Shown here piece by piece: positions 46,045-55,529 of a stretch of DNA of 64,000 nucleotides. How positions within the stretch are numbered: position 1 is the stretch's first letter; the number at the start of each line of letters is the position of its first letter. The stretch lies in NCBI GenBank assembly GCA_963828255.1, contig CAWHDZ010000030.1:32001-96000 (forward strand). The letters are read 5' to 3'. A model generated the notes under the pieces. The model searched no databases. It was not told the origin of the DNA and saw only the letters and a list, made by a program, of their open reading frames with translations. A program made the position numbers and the translations under genes. Source of the DNA: an uncultured delta proteobacterium. Lineage in GTDB: Bacteria; Myxococcota; Myxococcia; Myxococcales; Anaeromyxobacteraceae.

Positions 46045-46767
46045 ATGGACCCCATCCCCGTCCAGGAACGCCCCAAGTCCCGCCCCCGGATCTCGGCGGT
46101 CGTTCCCATGTTCAACGAGGGGAGGAACGCCACCACCCTCCTGCGCACGCTGCACGACCAGCTCGCCGCGCTCGCCGACGCCTTCGAGATCGTGGTGGTG
46201 AACGACGGCAGCAAGGACGACACCCGCGAGCGGGTGCTCGAGATCTCCCGGGACTGCGCCGTCCACTACGTCGAGCTCTCCCGCAACTTCGGCAAGGAGA
46301 ACGCGCTGCGGCGCCTCCCCGAGCGGGCCCGCTTCATGAAGGGGCTCTACGCCTGGGTTGGCTTCCGCTCCGTCCCCATCGAATACGAACCGGGCCCTCG
46401 CGCGGGCGGGCGCAGCGCCTTCGGCTTCGGCAACCTCCTGCGTCTGGCGGGGGCCGGCCTCACCTCCTTCTCGACCCTGCCGCTCCGCGCCGTCTCGGTG
46501 GTGGGGGCGCTCGTCTCCGTGGTGGCCCTCGGCTACGGCGCCTGGGTCGTCGTGGAGGAGATGGTCTACGGCGCCCGGGTCCCGGGCTATCCGACCATCG
46601 TGGTCTCCATCATGTTCTTCTCCGGTGTCCGGCTCCTCTCCCTCGGGATCATCGGGGAGTACCTGGGGCGGGTCTTCGAGGAGGCCAAGCGCCGCCCCAA
46701 CTTCCTCGTCGCCGAGGAGGTGGACCACGGCCGGCTGCCGCCGGGCGAGGGGCGAAGCGCCGGATGA
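46045..46767 (+). pseudogene. GtrB-like GT2 glycosyltransferase with an in-frame internal deletion
   Basis: VVPMFNE, VNDGSKD and SRNFGKE joined directly to LPER.RFMKG; the DxD region is absent. Confidence 0.75.
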
Positions 46768-47561
46768 GCCCGTCCCCCGGACCGGCGCGGCGCGGGGTGG
46801 TCCTCTGCGCCGACGACTTCGGCATGGAACTCTCGGTGAACGAGGGGATCCTCCGCCTCGTCGCCGCCGGCCGGCTCACCGCGGTGACCTGCATGGTGGA
46901 CATGCCTGCCTGGGCCGAGGGAGCCCGCGCGCTCCCCGCGCTGCGCGGCCGTGCCGACGCCGGGCTCCACCTCGACCTGGGCACCCGCTCGGCGGCCGGG
47001 CTCCTGGCGCTGGCCGCACGCGGCGCGCTCGGCCTGGTGGACGAGGCCAGGGTGGCCGATCGGGTGGCCGCCCAGCTCGACCGGTTCGAGGCGTCCACGG
47101 GCGCACCTCCCGCCTTCGTGGACGGCCACCACCACGTCCACCAGCTGCGCCCGGTCCGGAACGCGCTCCTGCGCGTGCTCCGCGACCGGTACGGCGACCA
47201 TCCCCCCTACGTCCGGAGCGTGGTGCCGCTCCGTCCGCGCGGGACCAAGGCCGCCATCGTCGCCGGGCTGGGGGCGCGCCCGCTGCTCCGGAGGCTCGAG
47301 GAAGGGGGCTTCCCCCACAACCCGGACTTCGCCGGCGTCTACGACCTCTCGGCCCGCTCCGACTTTCCCGGCCTGCTGCGCGGCTGGCTCGGAGACCTGG
47401 CGGACGGCGGACTCGTCATGTGCCACCCCGGGCTCCCCGGCGAGGGCCCGGTGGCTGCCGCCCGCGGCGCCGAGATGCGCCACCTCGAGTCGGAGCGATT
47501 CGCCGACGACTGCGCGGCCGCCGGCGTCCAGCTCGTCCGGCCCACCGGGTCGGCCCCGTGA
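46764..47561 (+). CDS. ChbG/HpnK (YdjC) family deacetylase
   Basis: CADDFG, GLHL, DGHHHVH, MCHPG. Confidence 0.88.
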   Translation: MSPSPGPARRGVVLCADDFGMELSVNEGILRLVAAGRLTAVTCMVDMPAWAEGARALPALRGRADAGLHLDLGTRSAAGLLALAARGALGLVDEARVADRVAAQLDRFEASTGAPPAFVDGHHHVHQLRPVRNALLRVLRDRYGDHPPYVRSVVPLRPRGTKAAIVAGLGARPLLRRLEEGGFPHNPDFAGVYDLSARSDFPGLLRGWLGDLADGGLVMCHPGLPGEGPVAAARGAEMRHLESERFADDCAAAGVQLVRPTGSAP

Positions 47562-47587
47562 CCCGGCCGCGCCCCCGCCTCGCCGAC

Positions 47588-47823
47588 TCTGGTACTTCTC
47601 GCAGCCGCGGACGCCGGCTCACCGGGCGCTGCTCTGGTTCGCCTTCCTCTTCGTCTCGGTGACCTACTCCGACCTCGTGCCGCGCGGCTTCCGGGACCGG
47701 TACATCAACCCGTACGCGCTGAAGGCGCCGCCGGTCGTGGTGATCGGGTGCGTCGCCGTGGCCGAGCTGACGCTCCGTCGGGGGCGTGCCGGGGATCCAC
47801 CGGGCCAATCCGCGGTACGGTGA
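47588..47823 (+). pseudogene. C-terminal remnant of a membrane glycosyltransferase (GT87/DUF2029-like)
   Basis: LWYF...SDLVPR...PYALKA.P with no start codon or N-terminal part. Confidence 0.45.
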
Positions 47824-47827
47824 GGTC

Positions 47828-48934
47828 GTGCAGCCCCCGGTCTTTCGCGTGCAGGACGGTTCGGTCCGGATCTACCGGATCCTCGACGTCGCCGACGGGA
47901 TCGACCTGGCCCGGGCCGAGGCGCTGGCCTCGGCGCCCAAGTCCCGCGCACGGCTGGCCAGTCCCCGCAGCGCCATCGAGATCGCCCAGCCACCGCTGCG
48001 GCTCGGCCTCTCCGCGCGCGAGGTGCGCGTCGCCGGGCAGTCCAGGCGTGCGGAGGTGCAGGTCAGCCTCTTCGACTACGGCGTCGCCAGCTTCCTCTTC
48101 GAGATCCCCATCGTCCCCGGCACCACGCTCGAGGAGCTCCTGCCGCTCGCCGAGGCGCTCCTGGAGCGCCCCGCGCCGGAGCTGGACGAGGTGGCACGGG
48201 CGCTCGCCGCCGAGATGACCGTCGCGCTGGCGCCCGCGCTGCTCCGCCCCCACATGTGGGAAGGCATCGAGACCTACGCGGTCTTCTTCGTGCGCGCCTT
48301 CGACCGGAGCGTCACTGGCGACGAGCTGCTCGAGCACGCCCCGCTGGCCCGGCTGCTCCTCGGCGAGACCGACCCGGTGCCGCTCTCGGCCGGGGAGCGG
48401 TCCGACGTGCTCAAGAACCGCTTCTCCTACCTCGAGACCGATCTCGCCGTGGTGGACTGGAACAGCGCCTTCGTCCACGAGCCCAGCGGATCCACCGACG
48501 TCCCCGACCTGCTCGAGCTCGCCACCGCACAGCTCCTCGAGCTGCGCTACTACGACGCCTACCTCGACCGCGAGCTGGCCGGCATCCGCGGCGAGGTGGA
48601 GCGCGCCGGCGCCGGCGGGATGTTCACCCGCCGTTACAGCCGCCTGATGCGCCGGACCGCCGCGCTGCTGGTGGACATGTCGGAGATGGTGGACCGGGTG
48701 GAGAACGCGGTGAAGATCGTGGGCGACTTCTACCTGGCGCGGCTCTACCAGGCCGCGCTGGGGCGCTTCCGCCTTCCCGCCTGGCAGGAGTCGGTCCTGC
48801 GCAAGCACCGGATGCTGTCGGAGGTGAACCGGATCCTCTCCGACGGCGCCGACACCCGCCGCGCCGAGCTGCTCGAGAGCACCATCATCGTCCTCATCGC
48901 CTGGGAGATCCTGTGGGCGTTCTGGAGGCCCTGA
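47828..48934 (+). CDS. Conserved hypothetical protein (RMD1/DUF155-like) with a C-terminal TM
   Basis: ELATAQLLELRYYD, GDFYLARLY, LESTIIVLI.WE. Confidence 0.7.
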   Translation: MQPPVFRVQDGSVRIYRILDVADGIDLARAEALASAPKSRARLASPRSAIEIAQPPLRLGLSAREVRVAGQSRRAEVQVSLFDYGVASFLFEIPIVPGTTLEELLPLAEALLERPAPELDEVARALAAEMTVALAPALLRPHMWEGIETYAVFFVRAFDRSVTGDELLEHAPLARLLLGETDPVPLSAGERSDVLKNRFSYLETDLAVVDWNSAFVHEPSGSTDVPDLLELATAQLLELRYYDAYLDRELAGIRGEVERAGAGGMFTRRYSRLMRRTAALLVDMSEMVDRVENAVKIVGDFYLARLYQAALGRFRLPAWQESVLRKHRMLSEVNRILSDGADTRRAELLESTIIVLIAWEILWAFWRP

Positions 48935-49041
48935 CGGCCTCCTGACCCCCTGAAAGGGCCGTTCCTGAGGCTTTTTTGATCTTCTCGCAGGGTGTATCGA
49001 CGGATCAGCCCCATTTTAACGGCAAATCGCGCAGTCGGTAG

Positions 49042-49070
49042 TTGACTCGGGGATCCGAAAGCGATATCCG
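49042..49070 (+). promoter_or_regulatory. Putative sigma70 promoter of hup
   Basis: TTGACT-N17-TATCCG. Confidence 0.45.
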
Positions 49071-49140
49071 GAACCCACGTTTCGCCGGCCCGGCGCGGTT
49101 TTGCGGCGGTTTCCCGGCGGTGCCCCAAGGAGGGTCCCAC

Positions 49141-49431
49141 ATGAGCATGACGCAGGCTCAGTTCTTCACCGCCGTCGCCGAGAAGGCCGGTATCTCGAAG
49201 GCCCAGGCCAAGGCAGTGTTCACCGCTGTCGAGGAAGTCGTCATGAAGAGCCTCAAGTCCGCCGGCAAGATTCCGCTGGGTGGGCTCGGGGCCGTCAAGC
49301 TCCAGGCGCGCAAGGCGCGCATGGGCCGCAACCCGGCGACGGGCGAGGCCATCAAGATCGCCGCCAAGACGGTCGTCAAGATCGCCCCGGCGAAGGGTCT
49401 GAAGGACGCCTTCAACAAGAAGAGCAAGTAG
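49141..49431 (+). CDS. hup: HU family DNA-binding protein
   Basis: RKARMGRNPATGEAIKI; AAGGAGG RBS. Confidence 0.93.
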   Translation: MSMTQAQFFTAVAEKAGISKAQAKAVFTAVEEVVMKSLKSAGKIPLGGLGAVKLQARKARMGRNPATGEAIKIAAKTVVKIAPAKGLKDAFNKKSK

Positions 49432-49521
49432 CCGTCGCCGACGCAGGATCCGAGGGCCTGCCGGATGCGATCCGGCGGGCCCTCGCGCATTTCCGGGCCT
49501 CTCTCGCCGCCCGGATCTTCC

Positions 49522-49550
49522 TTGACAACCCCGGACCCGATCCGTAGCCT
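49522..49550 (+). promoter_or_regulatory. Sigma70 promoter of nuoE
   Basis: TTGACA-N17-TAGCCT. Confidence 0.65.
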
Positions 49551-49583
49551 GCGAAGACTTTTTTCGAGGCATCTCCGACCTTT

Positions 49584-50117
49584 ATGGCCCATCACGACGA
49601 GTCGTCCGCGGAGAGCGGACCGCAGGCCATCGCCGACCTGCCCAGGGACAAGGTTGCCCGGTTCGACGCCGCGCTGCCCGAGATCCTGAAGCGCTATCCT
49701 CCCGACCACCAGGAAGCGGCGATGCTCGCAGCCCTGCGCCGCGCGCAGGAGATCTTCGGCTGGCTCTCCCCGGGGGCCCAGAAGCTCGTGGCCGACCGCC
49801 TGGGGGCTGCGGTCACCCGCGCGGAGGAGGTCGCCACCTTCTACGTGATGTACCACACGCGTCCGGTGGGCCGGCACGTGGTGGAGGTCTGCACCAACGT
49901 CTCCTGCTCGCTGGGCGGCGGCTACGACCTCTTCGAGGATCTGAAGAAGAAGCTCGGCGTCGACAACGGCGAGACCACCAAGGACGGGCGGATCACGCTG
50001 CGCCAGGTCGAGTGCCTGGGCTCCTGCGGCACCGCGCCGGTCATCCTGGTCGACGAGGAGATGCACGAGAGCCTCACCCCGCAGTCGGTCGAGCGGATCC
50101 TGGGAGCCCTCCAGTGA
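49584..50117 (+). CDS. nuoE: NADH-quinone oxidoreductase subunit E
   Basis: VATFY, CTNVSC, ECLGSC..AP. Confidence 0.93.
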   Translation: MAHHDESSAESGPQAIADLPRDKVARFDAALPEILKRYPPDHQEAAMLAALRRAQEIFGWLSPGAQKLVADRLGAAVTRAEEVATFYVMYHTRPVGRHVVEVCTNVSCSLGGGYDLFEDLKKKLGVDNGETTKDGRITLRQVECLGSCGTAPVILVDEEMHESLTPQSVERILGALQ

Positions 50118-51445
50118 GCGACACCCTGATCCTCACGAAGCGCTGGCCCAAGAACGATCCGTCCCTGGCCGGCTACAGGGCCGACGGCGGCTACCGGAGC
50201 CTGGAGAAGGCGCTCGGGATGCCGCCCGCCGCCATCGTCGACGAGGTGAAGGCCTCCAACCTGCGCGGCCGAGGCGGCGCCGGATTCTCCACCGGCCTCA
50301 AGTGGACCTTCCTGCCCAAGGACGTCCGCCCCCGCTACCTCTGCATCAACGCCGACGAGTCGGAGCCCGGGACCTTCAAGGACCGGTACATCTGCGAGTA
50401 CGACCCGCACATGCTCCTCGAGGGCATCGCCATCACCTGCTTCGCCCTCGACATCCACCTGGCCTACATCTACATCCGCGGCGAGTTCGCCAAGCAGGCC
50501 CGCGCCCTCGAGACGTCCATCGAGGAGGCCTACGCGGCCGGGCTCCTCGGCCCGAAGCTGGGCGGGAAGGCCGACTTCAAGCTCGACGTCCACGTGGTCC
50601 GCGGGGCCGGCGCCTACATCTGCGGCGAGGAGTCGGCCCTCATGGAATCCGTGGAGGGCAAGAAGGGCTATCCGCGCTTCAAGCCCCCCTTCCCGGCCAT
50701 CGTCGGCCTGTGGGGGAAGCCCACCATCATCAACAACGTCGAGACGCTGGCCAACATCCCCTGGATCCTCGAGAACGGCGGGGCGGCCTTCGCCGCGCTG
50801 GGGACGGGCAAGACCGGCGGAACGCGCCTCTTCGGCGTCTCCGGCAACGTGAAGCGCCCGGGGGTCTACGAGAAGCCCGCCGGCTACAATCTCAAGAAGC
50901 TCATCATGGAGGACTGCGGCGGGACCGTGAGCGGCCGCCCCGTGAAGGCCGTCATCCCGGGCGGCTCCTCCTCGCCGGTGCTGAGCGGCGACGAGATCGA
51001 CGTCTCCCTCGAGCCCGACGCGATCAAGGTGGCCGGCACCATGTCCGGCTCGGGCGGCGTCATCGTCATGGACGACTCGGTCTGCATGGTCCGCGCCCTG
51101 GCGCGCATCGCCATGTTCTACGCCGAGGAGAGCTGCGGCCAGTGCACCCCCTGCCGCCAGGGCACCCCCTGGATGTGGAAGATCCTCGAGAAGATCGAGC
51201 GGGGCGAGGGCACCATGAAGGACCTGGCCCTCATCGAGCAGCTGCCTGGAAACATCATGGGGCAGACCATCTGCGCGCTCGGCGACGCCGCCGCCATGCC
51301 GGTGCAGAGCTTCGTGAAGAAGTTCCGGAACGAGTTCGTGGAGCACATCGAGGGGCGAGGCTGCAAGCACGGCGAGACCGCCTGGGGCGTCTCTCGCAGT
51401 TCCCGCGAGGCGCTGGTGGGCGGCAACCGTCAGCCGGTGAGGTAA
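50114..51445 (+). CDS. nuoF: NADH-quinone oxidoreductase subunit F
   Basis: RGRGGAGF, NADESEPGTFKD, GAGAYICGEE, ESCGQCTPCR. Confidence 0.95.
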   Translation: MSDTLILTKRWPKNDPSLAGYRADGGYRSLEKALGMPPAAIVDEVKASNLRGRGGAGFSTGLKWTFLPKDVRPRYLCINADESEPGTFKDRYICEYDPHMLLEGIAITCFALDIHLAYIYIRGEFAKQARALETSIEEAYAAGLLGPKLGGKADFKLDVHVVRGAGAYICGEESALMESVEGKKGYPRFKPPFPAIVGLWGKPTIINNVETLANIPWILENGGAAFAALGTGKTGGTRLFGVSGNVKRPGVYEKPAGYNLKKLIMEDCGGTVSGRPVKAVIPGGSSSPVLSGDEIDVSLEPDAIKVAGTMSGSGGVIVMDDSVCMVRALARIAMFYAEESCGQCTPCRQGTPWMWKILEKIERGEGTMKDLALIEQLPGNIMGQTICALGDAAAMPVQSFVKKFRNEFVEHIEGRGCKHGETAWGVSRSSREALVGGNRQPVR

Positions 51446-51448
51446 GCG

Positions 51449-51955
51449 ATGGGCATCACAGCCGAACAGGTCCTCTTCTGGATGTTCGCCGTCCCGCTGA
51501 TCGCGTCGGCCGCCGGCGTGGTCGCGGCCCGCAACCCGGTCCACGCCGCCATGAGCCTGGTCTCGGCCTTCTTCTGGCTGGCGGGCATCTACGTGCTCCT
51601 CACCGCGCACCTTCTGGCCTTCGTCCAGATCATCGTCTACGCCGGCGCCATCATGGTGCTCTTCCTCTTCGTGGTGATGCTGCTCTCGCTCACCGACGCC
51701 GAGCTGGGGCTCGAGAAGATCACCGCGCTCAAGTGGGTGGGGATCGCCGGCTCCATCGGCGTCCTCGTCCTGGTGGTGAGCGCCTTCGTCCAGTCCGGAC
51801 CGCGCGCCATGAAGGCGGTGGGGGAGGACTTCGGCACGGTGCGGGCGGTGGGACGGATCCTCTTCACCCAGTACATGCTCCCCTTCGAGGCCACGAGCGT
51901 GCTCCTCCTCGTCGCCATCGTGGGCGCGGTGGTGGTGGCCAAGGAGAAGATCTAG
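51449..51955 (+). CDS. nuoJ: NADH-quinone oxidoreductase subunit J
   Basis: NPVHAA, QIIVYAGAIMVLFLFVVMLL, PFE. Confidence 0.93.
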   Translation: MGITAEQVLFWMFAVPLIASAAGVVAARNPVHAAMSLVSAFFWLAGIYVLLTAHLLAFVQIIVYAGAIMVLFLFVVMLLSLTDAELGLEKITALKWVGIAGSIGVLVLVVSAFVQSGPRAMKAVGEDFGTVRAVGRILFTQYMLPFEATSVLLLVAIVGAVVVAKEKI

Positions 51956-51957
51956 CC

Positions 51958-52263
51958 ATGGTGCCCGTGTCCAGCTACCTGGCCCTGGCCGCCTTCCTCT
52001 TCGCCATCGGCTTCGCCGGCGTGCTCGTGAAGAAGAACGCCATCATCGTCTTCATGTGCATCGAGCTCATGCTCAACGCGGCCAACCTCACCTTCCTGGC
52101 CTTCGCACGCCAGCAGGGCTCCATGTCCGGCCACGCCATCGCCTTCTTCGTCATCGCGGTGGCCGCCGCCGAGGCCGCGGTCGGCCTCGCCATCGTCATC
52201 GCCGTCTACCGCACCCGCGGCACGGTGTCGGTGGACGAGGTCGAGACGCTGCGCGACAGCTGA
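51958..52263 (+). CDS. nuoK: NADH-quinone oxidoreductase subunit K
   Basis: IELMLNAANL, VAAAEAAVGLA. Confidence 0.93.
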   Translation: MVPVSSYLALAAFLFAIGFAGVLVKKNAIIVFMCIELMLNAANLTFLAFARQQGSMSGHAIAFFVIAVAAAEAAVGLAIVIAVYRTRGTVSVDEVETLRDS

Positions 52264-52267
52264 GGCC

Positions 52268-52906
52268 TCACCCCTCGTCGATGTCGAAGCGGTGCACCGG
52301 GTGGGGGAGGTCGGTCGAGGTCCGCCGCACCAGCTCCTTCAGCCGCCCGGTCCTCATGTCGTAGACCCAGCCGTGCAGCCAGGGGCGCCCCTCGGTCTTC
52401 CAGGCCCGCTGCACCACCGAGGTCTTGGCCAGGTGGTCCACCTGCTCGATCACGTTCAGCTCCACGAGCCGCCGCGAGCGGGCCTCCTCGTCGGGGAGCG
52501 CTGCCAGCTCGTCCTGGTGCCGCTCGGCGCAGTCCTTGATGTTCTGCAGCCAGCGGTTGATGAGGCCGAAGTCCCGTCCCGACGTGGCAGCCTTCACGCC
52601 GCCGCAGCCGTAGTGGCCGCAGACGATGATGTGGCGCACCCGCAGCGCCTGCACCGCGTAGAAGAGCACGGTGAGCATGTTGAGGTCGGTGTGGATCACC
52701 TGGTTCGCCACGTTGCGGTGGACGAAGAGGTCGCCAGGCTGGCAACCGGTGACGGTCTCGGCCGGAACCCGGCTGTCGGAGCAGCCGATCCAGACGTACT
52801 CGGGGGCCTGGTTGTCCTTCAGGCGGGCGAAGTAGTCGGGGCGCTCGCCGGTGCGTTCCGCCACCCAGCGCTCGTTGAAGTCCAGGAGCCGCTTGTAGCC
52901 GTCCAT
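52268..52906 (-). CDS. can: Beta-class carbonic anhydrase
   Basis: IGCSDSRVP, HRNVAN, CGHYGCGG. Confidence 0.93.
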   Translation of the reverse strand: MDGYKRLLDFNERWVAERTGERPDYFARLKDNQAPEYVWIGCSDSRVPAETVTGCQPGDLFVHRNVANQVIHTDLNMLTVLFYAVQALRVRHIIVCGHYGCGGVKAATSGRDFGLINRWLQNIKDCAERHQDELAALPDEEARSRRLVELNVIEQVDHLAKTSVVQRAWKTEGRPWLHGWVYDMRTGRLKELVRRTSTDLPHPVHRFDIDEG

Positions 52907-52938
52907 GCCCATGCGGAGGGAGGGTAGCAGAACCCGGG

Positions 52939-53937
52939 CTAGGCTTCCGCCCTGGTCTCGCGCGCCATGAGCGCGCGCACGGCGGCACGCGGCTCCTCCC
53001 CCTCGTACAGGATGCGGTGGACGGCCCCGCAGATGGGCATCTCCACGCCGAGCCTGGCGGCGAGGAGGTCCACGCTCCTCGCGTTGAGGACGCCCTCCGC
53101 CACCTGTCCGAGCTCGCGCTGGATCTCCTCGAGCTTCCGCCCCGTGCCGAGCCCGAGGCCGACCCGGTAGTTCCGGGACTTCTCGGAGGAGCAGGTGAGC
53201 ACGAGGTCGCCGAGCCCCGAGAGCCCCAGCAGCGTGAGCGGGACCGCGCCCTTGGCCACGGCCAGGCGGGTGATCTCGGCGAGGCCGCGGGTGATGAGGG
53301 CCGATCGGGCGTTCGCGCCCAGGCCCAGGCCGTCGCACAGGCCGGTGGCGATGGCCACCACGTTCTTGGCGCAGCCGCCGATCTCCACCCCGGCAACGTC
53401 GGAGGTCGTGTACGGCCGGAAGGTCCGGGTGTGGAAGGCGTCCTGCACCACCTTCCCCACCCGATCCCAGCGCCCGGCCACGGTGACCGCGGTGGGCGCG
53501 CCGCGCGCGGCCTCGACGGCGAAGGACGGCCCGGAGAGGAAGGTGAGGTAGGGGTGCAGGTCCACGGGCAGCACGTCCTCCAGGACCTCGCTCATCGTCA
53601 TCAGCGTCTCGACCTCGACGCCCTTCGCGACCGAGCAGATGGGGACCCCGGGGCGGAGGGCGGGCCGGGCCTGCAGGGCCACGGGGCGCACGGCATGGGA
53701 GGGAACGGCGATCACCACCAGTTCGGCCCCCTCCAGGGCGCGCGCCAGATCGGGCTCGGAGCGGAGCGTCTCCGGGAGCGGGATGCCTGGAAGGTACCGG
53801 GTGTTCTCGTGGCGCGCCGCGATGGTCTGGAGCGGTGCGCCGTCCACATCCCAGATGGCGACGGGGAATCCCTTCCCGGCCAGTACGGCGCCGAGGGCCG
53901 TACCCCATGAGCCGGCGCCGAGCACCGTGCATCGCAT
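52939..53937 (-). CDS. gpsA: NAD(P)H-dependent glycerol-3-phosphate dehydrogenase
   Basis: [33 protein letters not shown]. Confidence 0.95.
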   Translation of the reverse strand: MRCTVLGAGSWGTALGAVLAGKGFPVAIWDVDGAPLQTIAARHENTRYLPGIPLPETLRSEPDLARALEGAELVVIAVPSHAVRPVALQARPALRPGVPICSVAKGVEVETLMTMSEVLEDVLPVDLHPYLTFLSGPSFAVEAARGAPTAVTVAGRWDRVGKVVQDAFHTRTFRPYTTSDVAGVEIGGCAKNVVAIATGLCDGLGLGANARSALITRGLAEITRLAVAKGAVPLTLLGLSGLGDLVLTCSSEKSRNYRVGLGLGTGRKLEEIQRELGQVAEGVLNARSVDLLAARLGVEMPICGAVHRILYEGEEPRAAVRALMARETRAEA

Positions 53938-54021
53938 GTCGCTCCTCCCTCCTCGGGACATCCTATTCCGCCAGGCCGAAGGGTTTCACCCTGCCTGTCA
54001 TCGCGGGTTCCCGGGGCTCTT

Positions 54022-54049
54022 GAAATAGGCCGGTCGGGACGCCGTATGG
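54022..54049 (+). promoter_or_regulatory. ECF-type promoter of the small ORF
   Basis: GAAAT-N16-CGTATGG; same pattern on the minus strand at 42662-42689. Confidence 0.5.
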
Positions 54050-54070
54050 GAAGGCACAAGGAGAAACACC

Positions 54071-54145
54071 ATGAAGAACCTCGCCATCGTCGCCTTCACC
54101 CTCGCCCTGCAGATCGGTTTCCTCGTCCAGCTCGCCTCGCTGTAG
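54071..54145 (+). CDS. 24-aa hydrophobic peptide MKNLAIVAFTLALQIGFLVQLASL
   Basis: AAGGAG RBS 7 nt before the ATG; almost all codons end in G/C; single TM helix. Confidence 0.7.
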   Translation: MKNLAIVAFTLALQIGFLVQLASL

Positions 54146-54225
54146 CCCGCCGCCGTCGCGGGCACGGCGATCGAATCCTTCGATGCGGTGACGCGGCACC
54201 GACGCCGCGGTAAGCTCCCCGCCCC

Positions 54226-55119
54226 ATGCTCGCGCGCTGCGCCTTCTGCCAGAAACCCTTCGACACCGACCGATTCGGGGTGCAGCCCTGCCCCCACTGC
54301 GGCCAGCAGGTCCACCTGGCCGACCCGAACGCGCCGGCGCAGACGCAGCCGGTGGCGCAGCCGGCTCCTCCCCCCGCCGCCCCGCCCCAGGGCCATCCGC
54401 CCGGATTCCCCGGCCCCGGCGCGACCTGGGCCGTGGGCGAGGCCGACGCACCCTTCGTCGACCGCGCGACGCAGGGCTGGATCGCGACCTACGTCTCCAC
54501 CTGGAAGCTCTCCTGCCTCCAGCCCGCCGAGTTCTTCCGGTCGGTGAAGGTCGGAGCGCCCGGATCGGCGGTCCTCTTCGGGGTCATCGCCATGACCCTG
54601 GCGAGCTGGTTCCAGACCCTCTACGGCGCGCTCATGGGCGCGGCCACCCGGGGGATGATCGAGGACGTGCTGAAGCAGGTGCCCCAGGGATCCCAGTTCC
54701 AGGACACCTGGATGGTGCAGTGGATGTCCGGGATCACCGTCGTCGGCATGCTGGCGCAGCTCGTCGCCGCGCCCTTCATCTCCGCCATCTGGATCCTCCT
54801 CTGGGCGGGCGTCTACCACGTGGCCCTGCTGGTCCTCGGCGCCGCCTCGCGCGGCTTCGAGGCCACGCTCACCGTTGTGGGCTACGCCTCCGGCGCGATG
54901 CTCGTCGGCGCGGCGCCGGTGCCCGGCCTGGCCAACCTGGTGGGCGCGGTCTGGTTCGCCTTCGCTGCCGCCGCCGGCTTCCGGGAGGCCCAGCGGACCA
55001 CCACCGGCAAGGCCTGGACGGCGCTCCTGCTTCCCTACCTGGCCCTCTGCGCCTGCTGCTGTGCGGCGGCGTGGATGATGGTCACCGGCCTCTCCAGCCT
55101 GAAGGTCCACGGAGGCTGA
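54226..55119 (+). CDS. Zinc-ribbon / YIP1-family membrane protein
   Basis: N-terminal CxxC...CxxC, 'QPAEFF', five TM segments. Confidence 0.7.
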   Translation: MLARCAFCQKPFDTDRFGVQPCPHCGQQVHLADPNAPAQTQPVAQPAPPPAAPPQGHPPGFPGPGATWAVGEADAPFVDRATQGWIATYVSTWKLSCLQPAEFFRSVKVGAPGSAVLFGVIAMTLASWFQTLYGALMGAATRGMIEDVLKQVPQGSQFQDTWMVQWMSGITVVGMLAQLVAAPFISAIWILLWAGVYHVALLVLGAASRGFEATLTVVGYASGAMLVGAAPVPGLANLVGAVWFAFAAAAGFREAQRTTTGKAWTALLLPYLALCACCCAAAWMMVTGLSSLKVHGG

Positions 55120-55124
55120 CGGCC

Positions 55125-55529
55125 ATGGTCGCGGTCGCGCGCCGCCGGGGTCGTCCCGGGATCCCCGAGGCCTTCGCGGCCGTCGCCGCCCTCTCCTTCC
55201 TGGTGGCGCGCTTCCTCCCGGTGCTCTCCTTCCACTCCGAGTGTCCCTTCCGGGCGCTCACCGGGCTGCCCTGCGCCTCCTGCGGCATGACCCACGCCTT
55301 CGTGGCGCTGGCCCGGGGCGAGGCGGGAGCGGCCTGGTCCGCGAGCCCGCTGGGCGCGCTGCTGGCCGGGGGCGCCTGGCTCTACGCCGTCCTCGACCTC
55401 CTCCGGGTGGCGGCCGGCCTCCCCTGGCCGCGCCTCTCCGAGCGGGCCTGGCGCGCCATGGCCGTGGGCGCCGTGGGCGCCGCCGCCCTCAACTGGGGGT
55501 GGATGCTGCTCCGCGCGGTGACGGCGTGA
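55125..55529 (+). CDS. DUF2752 domain membrane protein
   Basis: CPFRALTGLPCASCGMTHA. Confidence 0.8.
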   Translation: MVAVARRRGRPGIPEAFAAVAALSFLVARFLPVLSFHSECPFRALTGLPCASCGMTHAFVALARGEAGAAWSASPLGALLAGGAWLYAVLDLLRVAAGLPWPRLSERAWRAMAVGAVGAAALNWGWMLLRAVTA

